Assembly: GCA_026386845.1 (NCBI GenBank)
Contig: JAPLMW010000039.1
Span: 1-61,881 of the forward strand
DNA: 61,881 bases
From: Phycisphaerae bacterium
GTDB lineage: Bacteria > Planctomycetota > Phycisphaerae > Sedimentisphaerales > UBA12454
Direction: 5' to 3'
Part shown: positions 35,063 to 44,732 of the stretch, one piece after another
Layout: each line of letters starts with the position of its first letter
Numbering within the stretch: position 1 is the first letter of the stretch
The notes under the pieces: model-generated
What the model was told of the DNA's origin: nothing
What the model saw: only the letters and a program-made list of their open reading frames with translations
Databases searched by the model: none
Position numbers and translations under genes: made by a program

Positions 35063-36445
35063 ATGAATTTGGATGATGGACTTGAGTCGTTTGAGCATAA
35101 CGCGGAATTCAATCCGTGGGACCGTGCGGAACAAAATGCGGTCAAGGCATTTGAACTTTACGACAACGGCCGAATGAACGAAGCGCTTATCGCAATAAAT
35201 GAGGCGCTGAATATCAATCCTGCCAATGACAGGTGGCACTTCAACAAGGCCCTTACCCTTGATGCGATGGACAGATTCGACGAGGCAATCGAAGAGTTCC
35301 GGCTGGCACTGGAACTGAATCCCAACGACATAGAGATTCTTAACAGCCTTGCCGTCGATTACACTCGCACGGGGCAGTACGACCTGTCTCTGAGCATATT
35401 CGAACAGATAGAAAAAATAAATTCCGACTTTGAGCCGTGCTACTGCAACCGGATAATCACCTATACCGAGATGGGCGACCACGAAACGGCTGAGCAAATG
35501 TTTTATTTAGCACAGCAGATAAACGAACGCTGCCCGCTGTGCTTTTACAATATAGGCAATTCGTTTTTCATTCGCGGCAATTATAAAAAAGCGGTGTGGT
35601 GCTGGGAGAGAACGGCGATACTGGAACCGAACCATCCGCAGATAAATTACCGCATCGCCCAGAGCTACTGGAATCTCGGCGATAATAAGATGGCGTGGCA
35701 ATATTTCATTGAGGAGCTGAGGAATAACCCCGGCGACAAGGACGTTATTTTCGATTTCGGTTTGTTTCATCTCCACAGCGGCAATATCGCCTGTGCCGAG
35801 GAGAAGTTCAACCGGATACTGGAGACGGAGCCTGACAATGGCGGTGCGGTGTTCTATCTGGGCGAAATAGAACTGAACCGCGGCAATCCGAAGAATGCCG
35901 AAAAACATTATCGCAAAGCTATGCATTTCAATCACGACCTGGCGGGACCCAGATTCAGACTCGGCCAACTGGCTTTGCAGCAAGGCAGAAAGGAAGAGGC
36001 GTTCGGTTTTCTCGCATCCGAACTCGAACTTGATATCCAGCAGAGCAGAATTCTGCTTTCAATCGGCCTGATGATGGCGGAACTCGGCCGGCTTGACCAT
36101 GCGGTACACTGTTTTTTAAGGGTCTCGGAACTTGAGCCGTCAAACGGCGTCAACTATCTGTACCTGGCAAAGTCGCTGGCGCTTCGCGGCGAATATGACG
36201 AATCGGAGCAGTTTCTGGATTATGCAATCGAACTTGAGCCGAAAAATCCGGCACTTGCCGTCGAGGCCGCAAGGACACATCTTTCAATGGGAAACTTACA
36301 AAAAGCACATTTGGTTTTATCTATAGCCCGGCAGGAAAATAAAGATTTCTCCTGCGGTATGCTGGGATTTTCAATCAGGTTCAAAACATTCCTGTCGAGG
36401 GCGAGAGAGAAAATCCGGTATTTGCTGAAACGGTTTTTCCGCTGA
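35063..36445 (+). CDS. tetratricopeptide (TPR) repeat protein
   Basis: Multiple 34-aa A..Y...L.L.P motifs throughout the protein. Confidence 0.8.
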   Translation: MNLDDGLESFEHNAEFNPWDRAEQNAVKAFELYDNGRMNEALIAINEALNINPANDRWHFNKALTLDAMDRFDEAIEEFRLALELNPNDIEILNSLAVDYTRTGQYDLSLSIFEQIEKINSDFEPCYCNRIITYTEMGDHETAEQMFYLAQQINERCPLCFYNIGNSFFIRGNYKKAVWCWERTAILEPNHPQINYRIAQSYWNLGDNKMAWQYFIEELRNNPGDKDVIFDFGLFHLHSGNIACAEEKFNRILETEPDNGGAVFYLGEIELNRGNPKNAEKHYRKAMHFNHDLAGPRFRLGQLALQQGRKEEAFGFLASELELDIQQSRILLSIGLMMAELGRLDHAVHCFLRVSELEPSNGVNYLYLAKSLALRGEYDESEQFLDYAIELEPKNPALAVEAARTHLSMGNLQKAHLVLSIARQENKDFSCGMLGFSIRFKTFLSRAREKIRYLLKRFFR

Positions 36446-36449
36446 TAAG

Positions 36450-36956
36450 CTATTCTGTTTTATGTTTTGCGGCTTTTGACTTTTTATCTCCTCTATTTCC
36501 AAAGCACGCAAAGGAAATTACAACCAATCCCGCCCCTGCCGAAAAGAGTATAATTCGATTCTCGGCTGTAGTGCATCTTTGGAGCCACTTCGGCACCTGG
36601 CTGTCATCTGAATTTTCCTGCGACTGCTGTTCGAAAATGGCTTTTGTGCGCGAAAGCGTGTCGGCGGTTATCTTCACAACCGGCTGATTAGGCTCACAAG
36701 GCTCAACTCCCAGCGTTACAGACGCAATTTTCCTGAGGATATTGGCATCGGAGTTAATTTGTGCCGTTAGTATCTGATGGTCTTTTATAATATCCTCAAT
36801 CTTTTGATTGTTCCGCTCTGTCTGTTTTACCGCCGCGTTCAACTGATAAAGCTTTTTCCATTCCGGACCGAGAACCGCCATCGAGACAGCACAAACGCCT
36901 ATGGCGGAAAAAACCATAAATAAAAACAGTCTGAAAATATTTTCCAGCTTACGCAT
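36450..36956 (-). CDS. hypothetical membrane protein with a coiled-coil (FtsB/DivIC-like topology, unproven)
   Basis: N-terminal TM helix, a coiled-coil-like segment and a C-terminal TM helix. Confidence 0.4.
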   Translation of the reverse strand: MRKLENIFRLFLFMVFSAIGVCAVSMAVLGPEWKKLYQLNAAVKQTERNNQKIEDIIKDHQILTAQINSDANILRKIASVTLGVEPCEPNQPVVKITADTLSRTKAIFEQQSQENSDDSQVPKWLQRCTTAENRIILFSAGAGLVVISFACFGNRGDKKSKAAKHKTE

Positions 36957-37020
36957 TTACCGGCTCTACATATTCAGTTCTCTTAAGTAACGCCCGACGA
37001 ATTTTAACTTCTTTGCGGGA

Positions 37021-37088
37021 AAATTAAAAGAAAATAAAAAGGTTGCCTTGTGGATGAGCAAATGGTCTTTGCCCTTAAAGCAACCTTT
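37021..37088 (-). terminator. candidate intrinsic terminator after the PPIase gene
   Basis: AAAGGTTGC (37038-37046) pairs with GCAACCTTT (37080-37088), with an inner GCAAA/TTTGC stem. On the minus strand it is followed by TTATTTTCTTTT. Confidence 0.4.
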
Positions 37089-37143
37089 TAAGTTTCCATG
37101 TTTATTCAACTATCCTAATGCCTGAGGAAAAACCTGTCAACAG

Positions 37144-38052
37144 CTAATTATCCTTCTGCTGCGATTTTGTATTACTTTCCTGTTTGCTGTTTTTTTCACT
37201 CAGGATGCCTGTCTTTTTATATTTCTGCTTTGCTTTTTCCTTCAGAGAATTAATAAGGTCCTTTACGGCCTTTTCCTTAGCCTGATTTTCGAGGTTTGTC
37301 TTTATCACCTGCTGAACTTTTTCAAAATCTTTTACTTTCGAAGCCCTTTTCCCCTCGTGCCTTGCAATTTCGTAATTTCCATCCTTATCTTTAATCGGCC
37401 CAATTAACTGACCTTCCGTCGCATTAAGCAGGGCCGCCAGAAATTCGTCTCCGAACCGGCTTTTTACCGTATTTTCCTGAAATTTATTCGCCTTTCCGCC
37501 TTTTTGGGCATCTGACGCCGTTGATAATTCCCTTGCGAGCTGATTAATATCGTTTCCTTCATTGATTTTTTTCAGCACAGCTTCGGCTTCCGGCAGGCTG
37601 CTGACGGTAATATGAGAAAAGCTCAGGAATGTCGGCTCTCTGAGGGCCGGATCGGTTTCCTTGTTTTGCTCATAGTATTTGCGAACATCCTCGTCGGTTA
37701 CCCTCGCATCATTTCTGACTTTTGCCAGCAGCTCCGAGGAAACAGTCTTTTTATGGCCGATATCGGAGATAAATTTGACCTTTTCGTCCTTGTCAATATT
37801 TCGCTTTACGGCCTCCTCATAAAGAAGCTGAGTGTCAAGCCAGAAATTGGCTATATCTTCCACAACCGCATAATTGAGGCTGGGAGCCAGATACTCTATC
37901 TGCTTTAAAGTAAGCTCCTTTCCGTCAAAAATCATAACGGCCTGATTGGTATCCTGTGGCAGGTTTGGCTCGGCTGCCTGCTCGGCATAAACATATTCAC
38001 AGACAAATAACATCCCGATAACAATCAATAAAATCAATCCCGCTTTTCTCAT
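37144..38052 (-). CDS. peptidyl-prolyl cis-trans isomerase (SurA/PrsA-like, parvulin-type)
   Basis: Signal peptide and a parvulin-like segment FSHITV..LARELS..GPIKDKDGNYEIA. Confidence 0.7.
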   Translation of the reverse strand: MRKAGLILLIVIGMLFVCEYVYAEQAAEPNLPQDTNQAVMIFDGKELTLKQIEYLAPSLNYAVVEDIANFWLDTQLLYEEAVKRNIDKDEKVKFISDIGHKKTVSSELLAKVRNDARVTDEDVRKYYEQNKETDPALREPTFLSFSHITVSSLPEAEAVLKKINEGNDINQLARELSTASDAQKGGKANKFQENTVKSRFGDEFLAALLNATEGQLIGPIKDKDGNYEIARHEGKRASKVKDFEKVQQVIKTNLENQAKEKAVKDLINSLKEKAKQKYKKTGILSEKNSKQESNTKSQQKDN

Positions 38053-38163
38053 AGTGTCCCCTTTTTAATCTGGATTATCTTCTACGACAATGCTATTATT
38101 AAAATATAAAAATCCAAATTGTCAATAACTCATTAAAATAAGGATTTTAAAGAGAGCCGATGA

Positions 38164-38273
38164 ATCCCGCACCTTCAGATATTCAAATAATAATTTTGAA
38201 GGGTCGCAAGAGTAACCGGCTGAAGATACAATAATATGAAACATATATCAAAAGAATGTAAAGAAGGTGCGGG
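38164..38273 (+). mobile_element. MITE-like element, family 2 (second copy)
   Basis: TIRs CCCGCACCTTC (38166-38176) and GAAGGTGCGGG (38263-38273). Perfect ATGAAT direct repeats at 38160-38165 and 38274-38279. Confidence 0.65.
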
Positions 38274-39185
38274 ATGAATAAAATTCATCCCAATAGATTT
38301 TATCTCGAAGACTATAGGAAGAAACATCACAGATATTCGCGGGACGGTTTCTTCGGGAATCTGAAACGCATCCGCACCTGGTCGTCCCTGATACAGTTTA
38401 TACTGAGGGCGACAGGTCTTGAGCGGCGAGGCCTTGCCAACGCGATGAATATCAGAGTCAACCAGACAGTCGCAGAGTTTGATAATCTGCCGAGTGGTTT
38501 TGAGAACAGCCGCATACTCTTCATTTCTGACTTTCATATCGAACTTATGGCCGGCCTCGTCGATAAAATAATCGAGCTGATAAAAAATCTCGAATATGAC
38601 TACTGTTTTCTCGGCGGCGATTACAGTACCTTCGACAAATTCGATATGGACAAGACAAAACAGGGAATGAAAAAAATTGCGGAACATCTCAAAACCAATC
38701 GGACTTACGGAGTAATCGGCAATCATGATTATTACGAAACGGCCGTCTTTCTTCAAAGTCTCGGCGTAACAATGCTCATAAATGAAAATACAGTGATTGA
38801 ACGCGATGGCGCAGCGATTTATCTTGCAGGCGTCGATGACGGCTATATTTTTGATTCAGCCGATATAGGCCGGGCATCTGCCGGCATTCCGGCAGGAGCT
38901 TTTAAAATTCTCCTGTCGCACAGCCCGCAGATTTACAGGCAGGCCCAGAAGGCGGGTTTTAACTTTTTTATGGCCGGCCATACACACGGCGGCCAGATTT
39001 GTCTGCCGGGCGGAATACCATTATTCAAGTCCGCTAAGGCACCGGGAAAAATCGCAAAAGGCCTGTGGCAATATAAAACCATGACCGGTTTTACGTCCAC
39101 CGGCGCCGGCTGCTGTAATGCCGCGGCAAGGTTCTTTTGCCCGCCGGAAATCGCTGTTTTGACCCTCAAAATGAAAAAATCATAG
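38274..39185 (+). CDS. metallophosphoesterase
   Basis: SDFH, GGDY, GNHDYYE and AGHTHGGQ motifs. Confidence 0.85.
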   Translation: MNKIHPNRFYLEDYRKKHHRYSRDGFFGNLKRIRTWSSLIQFILRATGLERRGLANAMNIRVNQTVAEFDNLPSGFENSRILFISDFHIELMAGLVDKIIELIKNLEYDYCFLGGDYSTFDKFDMDKTKQGMKKIAEHLKTNRTYGVIGNHDYYETAVFLQSLGVTMLINENTVIERDGAAIYLAGVDDGYIFDSADIGRASAGIPAGAFKILLSHSPQIYRQAQKAGFNFFMAGHTHGGQICLPGGIPLFKSAKAPGKIAKGLWQYKTMTGFTSTGAGCCNAAARFFCPPEIAVLTLKMKKS

Positions 39186-39276
39186 CCGATATAACTGTCA
39201 AAAGAAGGTTTTCACAAGAGCCGCAGCCTGTTATAATAGCCGGTTATATTTTTCGAAAGGTAAACAATTGGTAGAT

Positions 39277-40038
39277 ATGACGCTTCTCGAAACGCACGGT
39301 CTGGTAAAGAAGTACTCCGGCAGAACGGTAGTCAACGAGGTCTCAATCACTGTAGAGCAGCGGACTATAGTCGGGCTTCTGGGCAGAAACGGAGCCGGCA
39401 AGACCACGACATTTCGAATGGTAATGGGTATGATTACTCCCAATACCGGCACAGTAGTCTTTGAGGGAATGGATATTACAAATCTGCCGATGTATAAACG
39501 GGCAAGGCTCGGTGTGGGTTACCTTTCGCAGGAGCCGAGCGTCTTTCAGCGGTTGACCGTCCGTGATAACCTGCTTGCTATTCTCGAAACAATGTCGATT
39601 ATACCTCACGAGCGAAATAAAAAGGCTGATGAGCTGATACAGAGATTCGCCCTGGACGAGGTGGCCGAAAGCCAGGCGAGGTTTTTATCCGGCGGCGAAC
39701 GCAGGAAACTCGAAATCGCACGCGCTATGGTTACCAATCCTTCCCTGATTCTTTTAGATGAGCCATTCAGCGGCGTTGACCCGATTGCAGTCGAGGAGCT
39801 TCAGGCGGAAATCCGGAGACTTGTCGCTTCAGGAGTCAGCATCCTCATAACAGACCATAATGTTGAAAGAACGCTTGAAGTTTCCGACAAGGCATATATT
39901 ATCGACCACGGCAAGGTTATTGCCGCAGGCCATCCTGCAGAAATAGTCAAAAACGAACTTGTGAAGAAAAGCTATCTTGGTCACACTTTTGATGGCGACG
40001 AATTTGACGAAAAACCAACGGGAACCCCTAATGCTTGA
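39277..40038 (+). CDS. lptB: LPS export ABC transporter ATP-binding protein
   Basis: Walker A GRNGAGKTT, signature LSGGERRKLEIARA and Walker B LILLDEPF, in an LptB-like sequence. Confidence 0.8.
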   Translation: MTLLETHGLVKKYSGRTVVNEVSITVEQRTIVGLLGRNGAGKTTTFRMVMGMITPNTGTVVFEGMDITNLPMYKRARLGVGYLSQEPSVFQRLTVRDNLLAILETMSIIPHERNKKADELIQRFALDEVAESQARFLSGGERRKLEIARAMVTNPSLILLDEPFSGVDPIAVEELQAEIRRLVASGVSILITDHNVERTLEVSDKAYIIDHGKVIAAGHPAEIVKNELVKKSYLGHTFDGDEFDEKPTGTPNA

Positions 40039-40555
40039 CGTCGGCAAATGCTGTATAACCCGCTTTCCTTCGCCGGTCCTTGGGCAGAAGGCAAAACCTG
40101 TCGAGAAGATTGATGACTCTATCCGCGCGCTTGCCGATAAAATGATAGATATGATGGTTCAGCACAAAGGCGTCGGTCTTGCCGGGCCGCAGGCGGGAGT
40201 GGACCTGCGAATCTTTGTCGCTTCGCCTGACGGCACAAAAGAAAACGCAAAGGTTTACATCAATCCTGTAATTACTCCATCGGGCAAACTTGTGGCTTCC
40301 GAGGAAGGCTGCCTATCTTTGCCGGGCATTTACGGCAAAATCCGCAGGTATTCGAAATGCTTGATTAAGGCTCAAGGCCTTGACGGCAAAGAATTCAGCG
40401 AAGACGCTGAAGGGTTTCCGGCAAGGATTTTCCAACACGAATGCGACCATCTTGACGGCACGCTGGTAGCCGATAAACTCTCTACCGTAGCAAAAATCGG
40501 CGCCAGAAAGAAGCTCAAGCGGCTTCGTGAAAATTACGAGCAGCAAAACAAATGA
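40031..40555 (+). CDS. def: peptide deformylase
   Basis: GVGLAGPQ, EGCLSLPG and HECDHLDG motifs. Confidence 0.95.
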   Translation: MLDVGKCCITRFPSPVLGQKAKPVEKIDDSIRALADKMIDMMVQHKGVGLAGPQAGVDLRIFVASPDGTKENAKVYINPVITPSGKLVASEEGCLSLPGIYGKIRRYSKCLIKAQGLDGKEFSEDAEGFPARIFQHECDHLDGTLVADKLSTVAKIGARKKLKRLRENYEQQNK

Positions 40556-41508
40556 GAATTGTTTATTGTGGTTGCGGTCGGTTCGGAATTGAATCTCTCA
40601 ATGCCCTGAAGGCATCGAATCATCAGCTTTTGCATATCATTACTCACCCCGAAAAACAGGCAGGCAGAGGAAGAAAATTACACGCTAATGATGTTGAACA
40701 GTGGGCACAGCAAAATGATGTGCAGTTTACCGCTATTGAGGACATAAACAGCCCCCAGGGTATTGAGCTTATAAAAAAACTTGCTCCTGATTTGCTTGTG
40801 GTCATTGCATTCGGCCAGAAGATTCCGGCTGAAATTATAAATATACCTCCCAAAGGAGCAATAAATGTTCACGGCTCACTGCTTCCCAAGTATCGAGGGG
40901 CCGCACCGATTAACTGGGCGATTATCAACGGCGAAATCCAGACGGGTATAAGCATTATTACACTTGCCGATAAAATGGACAGCGGCGAGATACTGGCTCA
41001 GGCAAAAATGAAAATTGCCGCCGATGATACGGCCGATGTTGTTCACGATGCCCTTGCGAAACTTGCCGCCCCGCTGCTGATTGCGACAATCGACCAAATC
41101 GCCGCCGGCACAGCAACTTATACAAAACAGGATAATTCAAAGGCAACCAAAGCCCCAAAACTTAAAAAAGGCGATGGCATTATTGATTTTGCGATGTTTG
41201 CGCAACAGATTCATAATAAGGTAAGAGGTCTTTGGCCGTGGCCGGGAGCGGCTGCCTGTTTTGTCTCCGCACGAACCGGCAAAAAATATCCTGTCGCAAT
41301 CGCAAAAACTCAGGTCGCAAATCCTGCCGGCAAAAACGACAAACCCGGCATAATTGATGAGAATTTTAATATCCTGTGCGGCATCGGCAGTATAAAAGTT
41401 TTAGAACTTAAACCTCACGGCGGAAAAATGATGGACTTCAAATCATTTCTCAACGGCAGAGGCTCCGGATGCGGCGATTATTTTATATCATTTGAGGCTA
41501 AATCCTGA
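40552..41508 (+). CDS. fmt: methionyl-tRNA formyltransferase
   Basis: HGSLLPKYRGAAPI. It shares an ATGA overlap with def (40552-40555). Confidence 0.95.
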   Translation: MRIVYCGCGRFGIESLNALKASNHQLLHIITHPEKQAGRGRKLHANDVEQWAQQNDVQFTAIEDINSPQGIELIKKLAPDLLVVIAFGQKIPAEIINIPPKGAINVHGSLLPKYRGAAPINWAIINGEIQTGISIITLADKMDSGEILAQAKMKIAADDTADVVHDALAKLAAPLLIATIDQIAAGTATYTKQDNSKATKAPKLKKGDGIIDFAMFAQQIHNKVRGLWPWPGAAACFVSARTGKKYPVAIAKTQVANPAGKNDKPGIIDENFNILCGIGSIKVLELKPHGGKMMDFKSFLNGRGSGCGDYFISFEAKS

Positions 41509-42998
41509 TGTCGTCTTCGCTGACGGACTACCGCTACGCAGCGTGGCTTGTCTTAAAAAACTTTGAACCCGACAGACACGATACCGCCGAACTTATTGAA
41601 AAATACGGCAGCAAAACACAAAACCGCGCCGCTATTGTCGAAATCGCCTTCGGTGTCATAAGAAATCTGACTTTTATCGACGCTCTAATCCGGCAAATTT
41701 CCACCCAATCCGTAAACAGAATTTCAGAAAAAATTCTCAATTGCCTGAGAATCGCCGTTTATGAACTTATTTTTTCCAGTCAGCCTGATTATGCCGTTGT
41801 CAGCGAAGCGGTTAATCTGGCAAACAAAACAGGTTCGAAAAAATCGGCGGGTTTTGTCAATGCCGTTCTGCGAAAAATCTGTGCCTCGATAAAAAACAGA
41901 ACAGCCGATTTAAAAAATGCCGACCCGCGAAAAATCCTGCCGCTTACGCTAAAGCTGGGCTGTGAATTTGATATTGATATCCTGCCCGACCCGGCTCGAC
42001 AGCCTGCCGAATATTTCAGCAATGCCTTTTCGCTGCCGCTGTGGCTCATCGAACAATGGATTATTCAGTTCGGCAATAAAAAAACTGCCGATATCTGTTT
42101 CGCATCAAATCGCAGACCCGGAATTTATGCCAGAGCGAATAAACTCAAATTAACTCCTAAGGAGCTTTTTGAAATCCTCAAAGGTCAGGACATAGATTGC
42201 GACTACATCGAAAAATATAAACCTGTGGTGAGCTTGCCGAATCCAATGGTCAGATTAAAAAAAATCGGCAATATTTCGGAATTAAAAGCCTTCAAAGAAG
42301 GTCTTTTTACTATTCAGGATATAACTTCATCTTCAGTTGTGCCTTTACTAAATCCGCAGAGCGGCTGGAAAATTTTTGATATTTGCGCAGCGCCCGGCAC
42401 AAAGACAACACAGATTGCCGAACTCATAAGCGACAAAGGGGTTATAATCGCAACCGACAAAAACAACTTAAGGCTGAAAAAAATCGATGAAAACATCCGC
42501 AGGCTCGGTATAACATCAATCAGGATAATGGATTATGAAACTTTTCTAAAAGATTCATCTTGTGGTGAGCCTGCCTGCCCCGAGCGCAGTCGAGGGGTCG
42601 AAGCCACTTGTAAATCCTGTGCTGATGCTGTTTTGCTTGATGTGCCCTGCTCGAACAGCGGTGTGCTTGCCAGACGGCCCGAGGTGAGATTCAGAATAAC
42701 CCCTAAAAAAATCTGTGAACTTGCGCAAATTCAAACACAGCTTTTAAATCTTGCGGCATCCTTAGTTAAACCCGGCGGCAGAATATGTTACAGCACCTGC
42801 AGCATCTTAAGTCAGGAAAATAATGAAGTTGTAATCGCTTTTATAAAAAAATATCCCAACTTCTCACTTGAAAATGAAAATTTAATTCTTCCTTCGGCCT
42901 GCGGTGAGCCTGCCTGCCCCGAGCGCAGTCGAGGGGTCGAATCCGCCGAAATTTGTGATTTCGATGGCGGCTATGCGGCGATTATCGTAAAAAAATAA
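41508..42998 (+). CDS. rsmB: 16S rRNA (cytosine967-C5)-methyltransferase with in-frame repeat insertions
   Basis: NusB-like N-terminal domain plus SAM methyltransferase motifs DICAAPGTKT, LLDVPCSNSGV and YSTCS. Confidence 0.85.
   Translation: MSSSLTDYRYAAWLVLKNFEPDRHDTAELIEKYGSKTQNRAAIVEIAFGVIRNLTFIDALIRQISTQSVNRISEKILNCLRIAVYELIFSSQPDYAVVSEAVNLANKTGSKKSAGFVNAVLRKICASIKNRTADLKNADPRKILPLTLKLGCEFDIDILPDPARQPAEYFSNAFSLPLWLIEQWIIQFGNKKTADICFASNRRPGIYARANKLKLTPKELFEILKGQDIDCDYIEKYKPVVSLPNPMVRLKKIGNISELKAFKEGLFTIQDITSSSVVPLLNPQSGWKIFDICAAPGTKTTQIAELISDKGVIIATDKNNLRLKKIDENIRRLGITSIRIMDYETFLKDSSCGEPACPERSRGVEATCKSCADAVLLDVPCSNSGVLARRPEVRFRITPKKICELAQIQTQLLNLAASLVKPGGRICYSTCSILSQENNEVVIAFIKKYPNFSLENENLILPSACGEPACPERSRGVESAEICDFDGGYAAIIVKK
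42561..42605 (+). repeat. 45-nt repeat in frame within rsmB (CGEPACPERSRGVEA)
   Basis: 43 of 45 nt identical to 42900-42944. Confidence 0.8.
42900..42944 (+). repeat. 45-nt repeat in frame within rsmB (CGEPACPERSRGVES)
   Basis: Second copy, 339 nt downstream of the first. Confidence 0.8.
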
Positions 42999-43000
42999 TT

Positions 43001-43052
43001 TTAATTCTTAAATTTTAAATTTTAAATTCTTTTAATCCACATCTTTTCCACA
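43001..43052 (+). other. candidate oriC fragment: AT-rich tract plus two DnaA-box-like 9-mers
   Basis: TTAATTCTTAAATTTTAAATTTTAAATTC is followed by TAATCCACA (43033-43041) and TTTTCCACA (43044-43052). The two 9-mers are 11 bp apart and lie upstream of dnaA. Confidence 0.3.
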
Positions 43053-43248
43053 AAAATATTTTCCGGCGGTGCAAAACCTGTTCAAAACAAATTTTTTCTT
43101 CCGCAACGTTATGTAAATCAAAATTTTTCAGCCTGTAGAAAAGAATTTTTCCAAAACGTTGTTGATTTAGCTTCAACATATCAATATATTCTATTTGTTC
43201 TCGTTTCTCGAAGAAGAAGTTAATACTGCATTGGAAAAAAGTAACCTC

Positions 43249-44655
43249 ATGGCAGCGCAGACGATAATCACGGATGAAATCAGCGCGATCAATCAGACGC
43301 TTGCGGACAGGATAGGTCAGCAGAAGTTTCGCATCTGGTTTAAGAATTCCACGAGGTTTACTCTTTCCGATGATTATCTGAAAGTCGGCGTGCCGAACCC
43401 GTTCGTTGGCAGCTGGATAGAGAATCATTTTTTGACCGAGATAACGGCAGCGGTTACAGCGGTTACCGGCTCTGCGAAGAAAATAACATTTAATATAGAG
43501 CCGGAACTCAGCGGCAATCAGCGCCGCAGTCAGCTTGACTGCCAGGCTCAGCTTGTTCAAAAGGCTCAGAACAAGACTGTTCGCAGCAGGACTGTTGAGC
43601 AGCCGTCGAGACCGGTAAAAATGACGCTTGATACTTTTGTGGTAGGCCCATCGAATCAATTAGCCTACAACGCCGCGATGAGTATGATATCTGAAGAGGT
43701 AAGTCCGTTTAATCCGCTCTTTATACACGGAGGGCACGGCCTGGGCAAAACGCATCTGTTGCAAGGGATTTGCCGGATGATGAGCAGAACTCAGCCGCAG
43801 GCCCGTTGGCTTTATGTCTCAGCGGAGGACTTTACCAATCAGTTTGTGCTGGCCTTGAAGACCAAAAAGCTGGACGCTTTTCGGAGGCGATACCGACAAA
43901 CGGATGTGTTGGCTATTGACGATATTCACTTCCTGGCCAGCAAGCCTTCTACGCAGGAGGAATTCCTGCATACTTTTAATACGATAAATCTTGCGGGCAA
44001 AAAAGTGGTTCTCGCTTCGGATGCGCATCCGAAGATGATAGGCCAACTCTGCGAAAGCCTGGTAAACCGGTTTGTCTCCGGTATGGTAGTCAAGATAGAA
44101 CAGCCGGATTTCAAGACCCGATGCAGAATATGCGCCCGCTGGGCCGAGTCAATCAACTATCATATCGATGAAAAGGTCATAGCGTATATCGCCGAGAACA
44201 TCCGTTCGAATGTCCGCGAACTTGAAGGCGCGATTTTAAAGCTCGTCGCCTATGCCTCGCTGTGCAATGAGGAAATCTCCCTGGCAACGGCCAAACAGGT
44301 CCTCGCAGAACATATCTCAAGAACCGACCCGATAGTTCACATTTCGGACATCGAATCTACCGTGACGACATTTTTCGGCATAACCCCTGCCGACGTTCAT
44401 TCGTCGAAGAAGGACAGGACCGTAAGCCTTGCCCGTTCGTTCAGTATGTATCTTGCCAGAAAATATACAAAGATGTCTTACCCTGAGATTGGCAGACTGA
44501 TGGGCAATAAAAATCACGCAACGGTGATTCTCGCCTGCCGCAAGATAGAGGAAATGCTGAAGAATAATTCAAACGCCAACTGGCTCAGCCCCAACGGCAA
44601 CAAAGTCGCTCCAAGCCGCGAAATTCTCACCCAACTTGAACAAACTATAGCATAA
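43249..44655 (+). CDS. dnaA: chromosomal replication initiator protein DnaA
   Basis: Walker A GGHGLGKTHLL and DDIHFL. The C-terminal HTH is MGNKNHATVILACRKI. ATG 43249 is preferred over TTG 43195. Confidence 0.95.
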   Translation: MAAQTIITDEISAINQTLADRIGQQKFRIWFKNSTRFTLSDDYLKVGVPNPFVGSWIENHFLTEITAAVTAVTGSAKKITFNIEPELSGNQRRSQLDCQAQLVQKAQNKTVRSRTVEQPSRPVKMTLDTFVVGPSNQLAYNAAMSMISEEVSPFNPLFIHGGHGLGKTHLLQGICRMMSRTQPQARWLYVSAEDFTNQFVLALKTKKLDAFRRRYRQTDVLAIDDIHFLASKPSTQEEFLHTFNTINLAGKKVVLASDAHPKMIGQLCESLVNRFVSGMVVKIEQPDFKTRCRICARWAESINYHIDEKVIAYIAENIRSNVRELEGAILKLVAYASLCNEEISLATAKQVLAEHISRTDPIVHISDIESTVTTFFGITPADVHSSKKDRTVSLARSFSMYLARKYTKMSYPEIGRLMGNKNHATVILACRKIEEMLKNNSNANWLSPNGNKVAPSREILTQLEQTIA

Positions 44656-44732
44656 ATTTATCAGGCTCTTTTGCCTCACCGCATTTATAAGTAAAATTTG
44701 CAATTGCCTGTCGTTTGGTTTATTTTCCAGCT

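Noticed and set aside
43015-43659. 214-aa ORF on the minus strand
   Set aside because: It runs antisense to the dnaA 5' region and the AT-rich spacer, and no motif was found.
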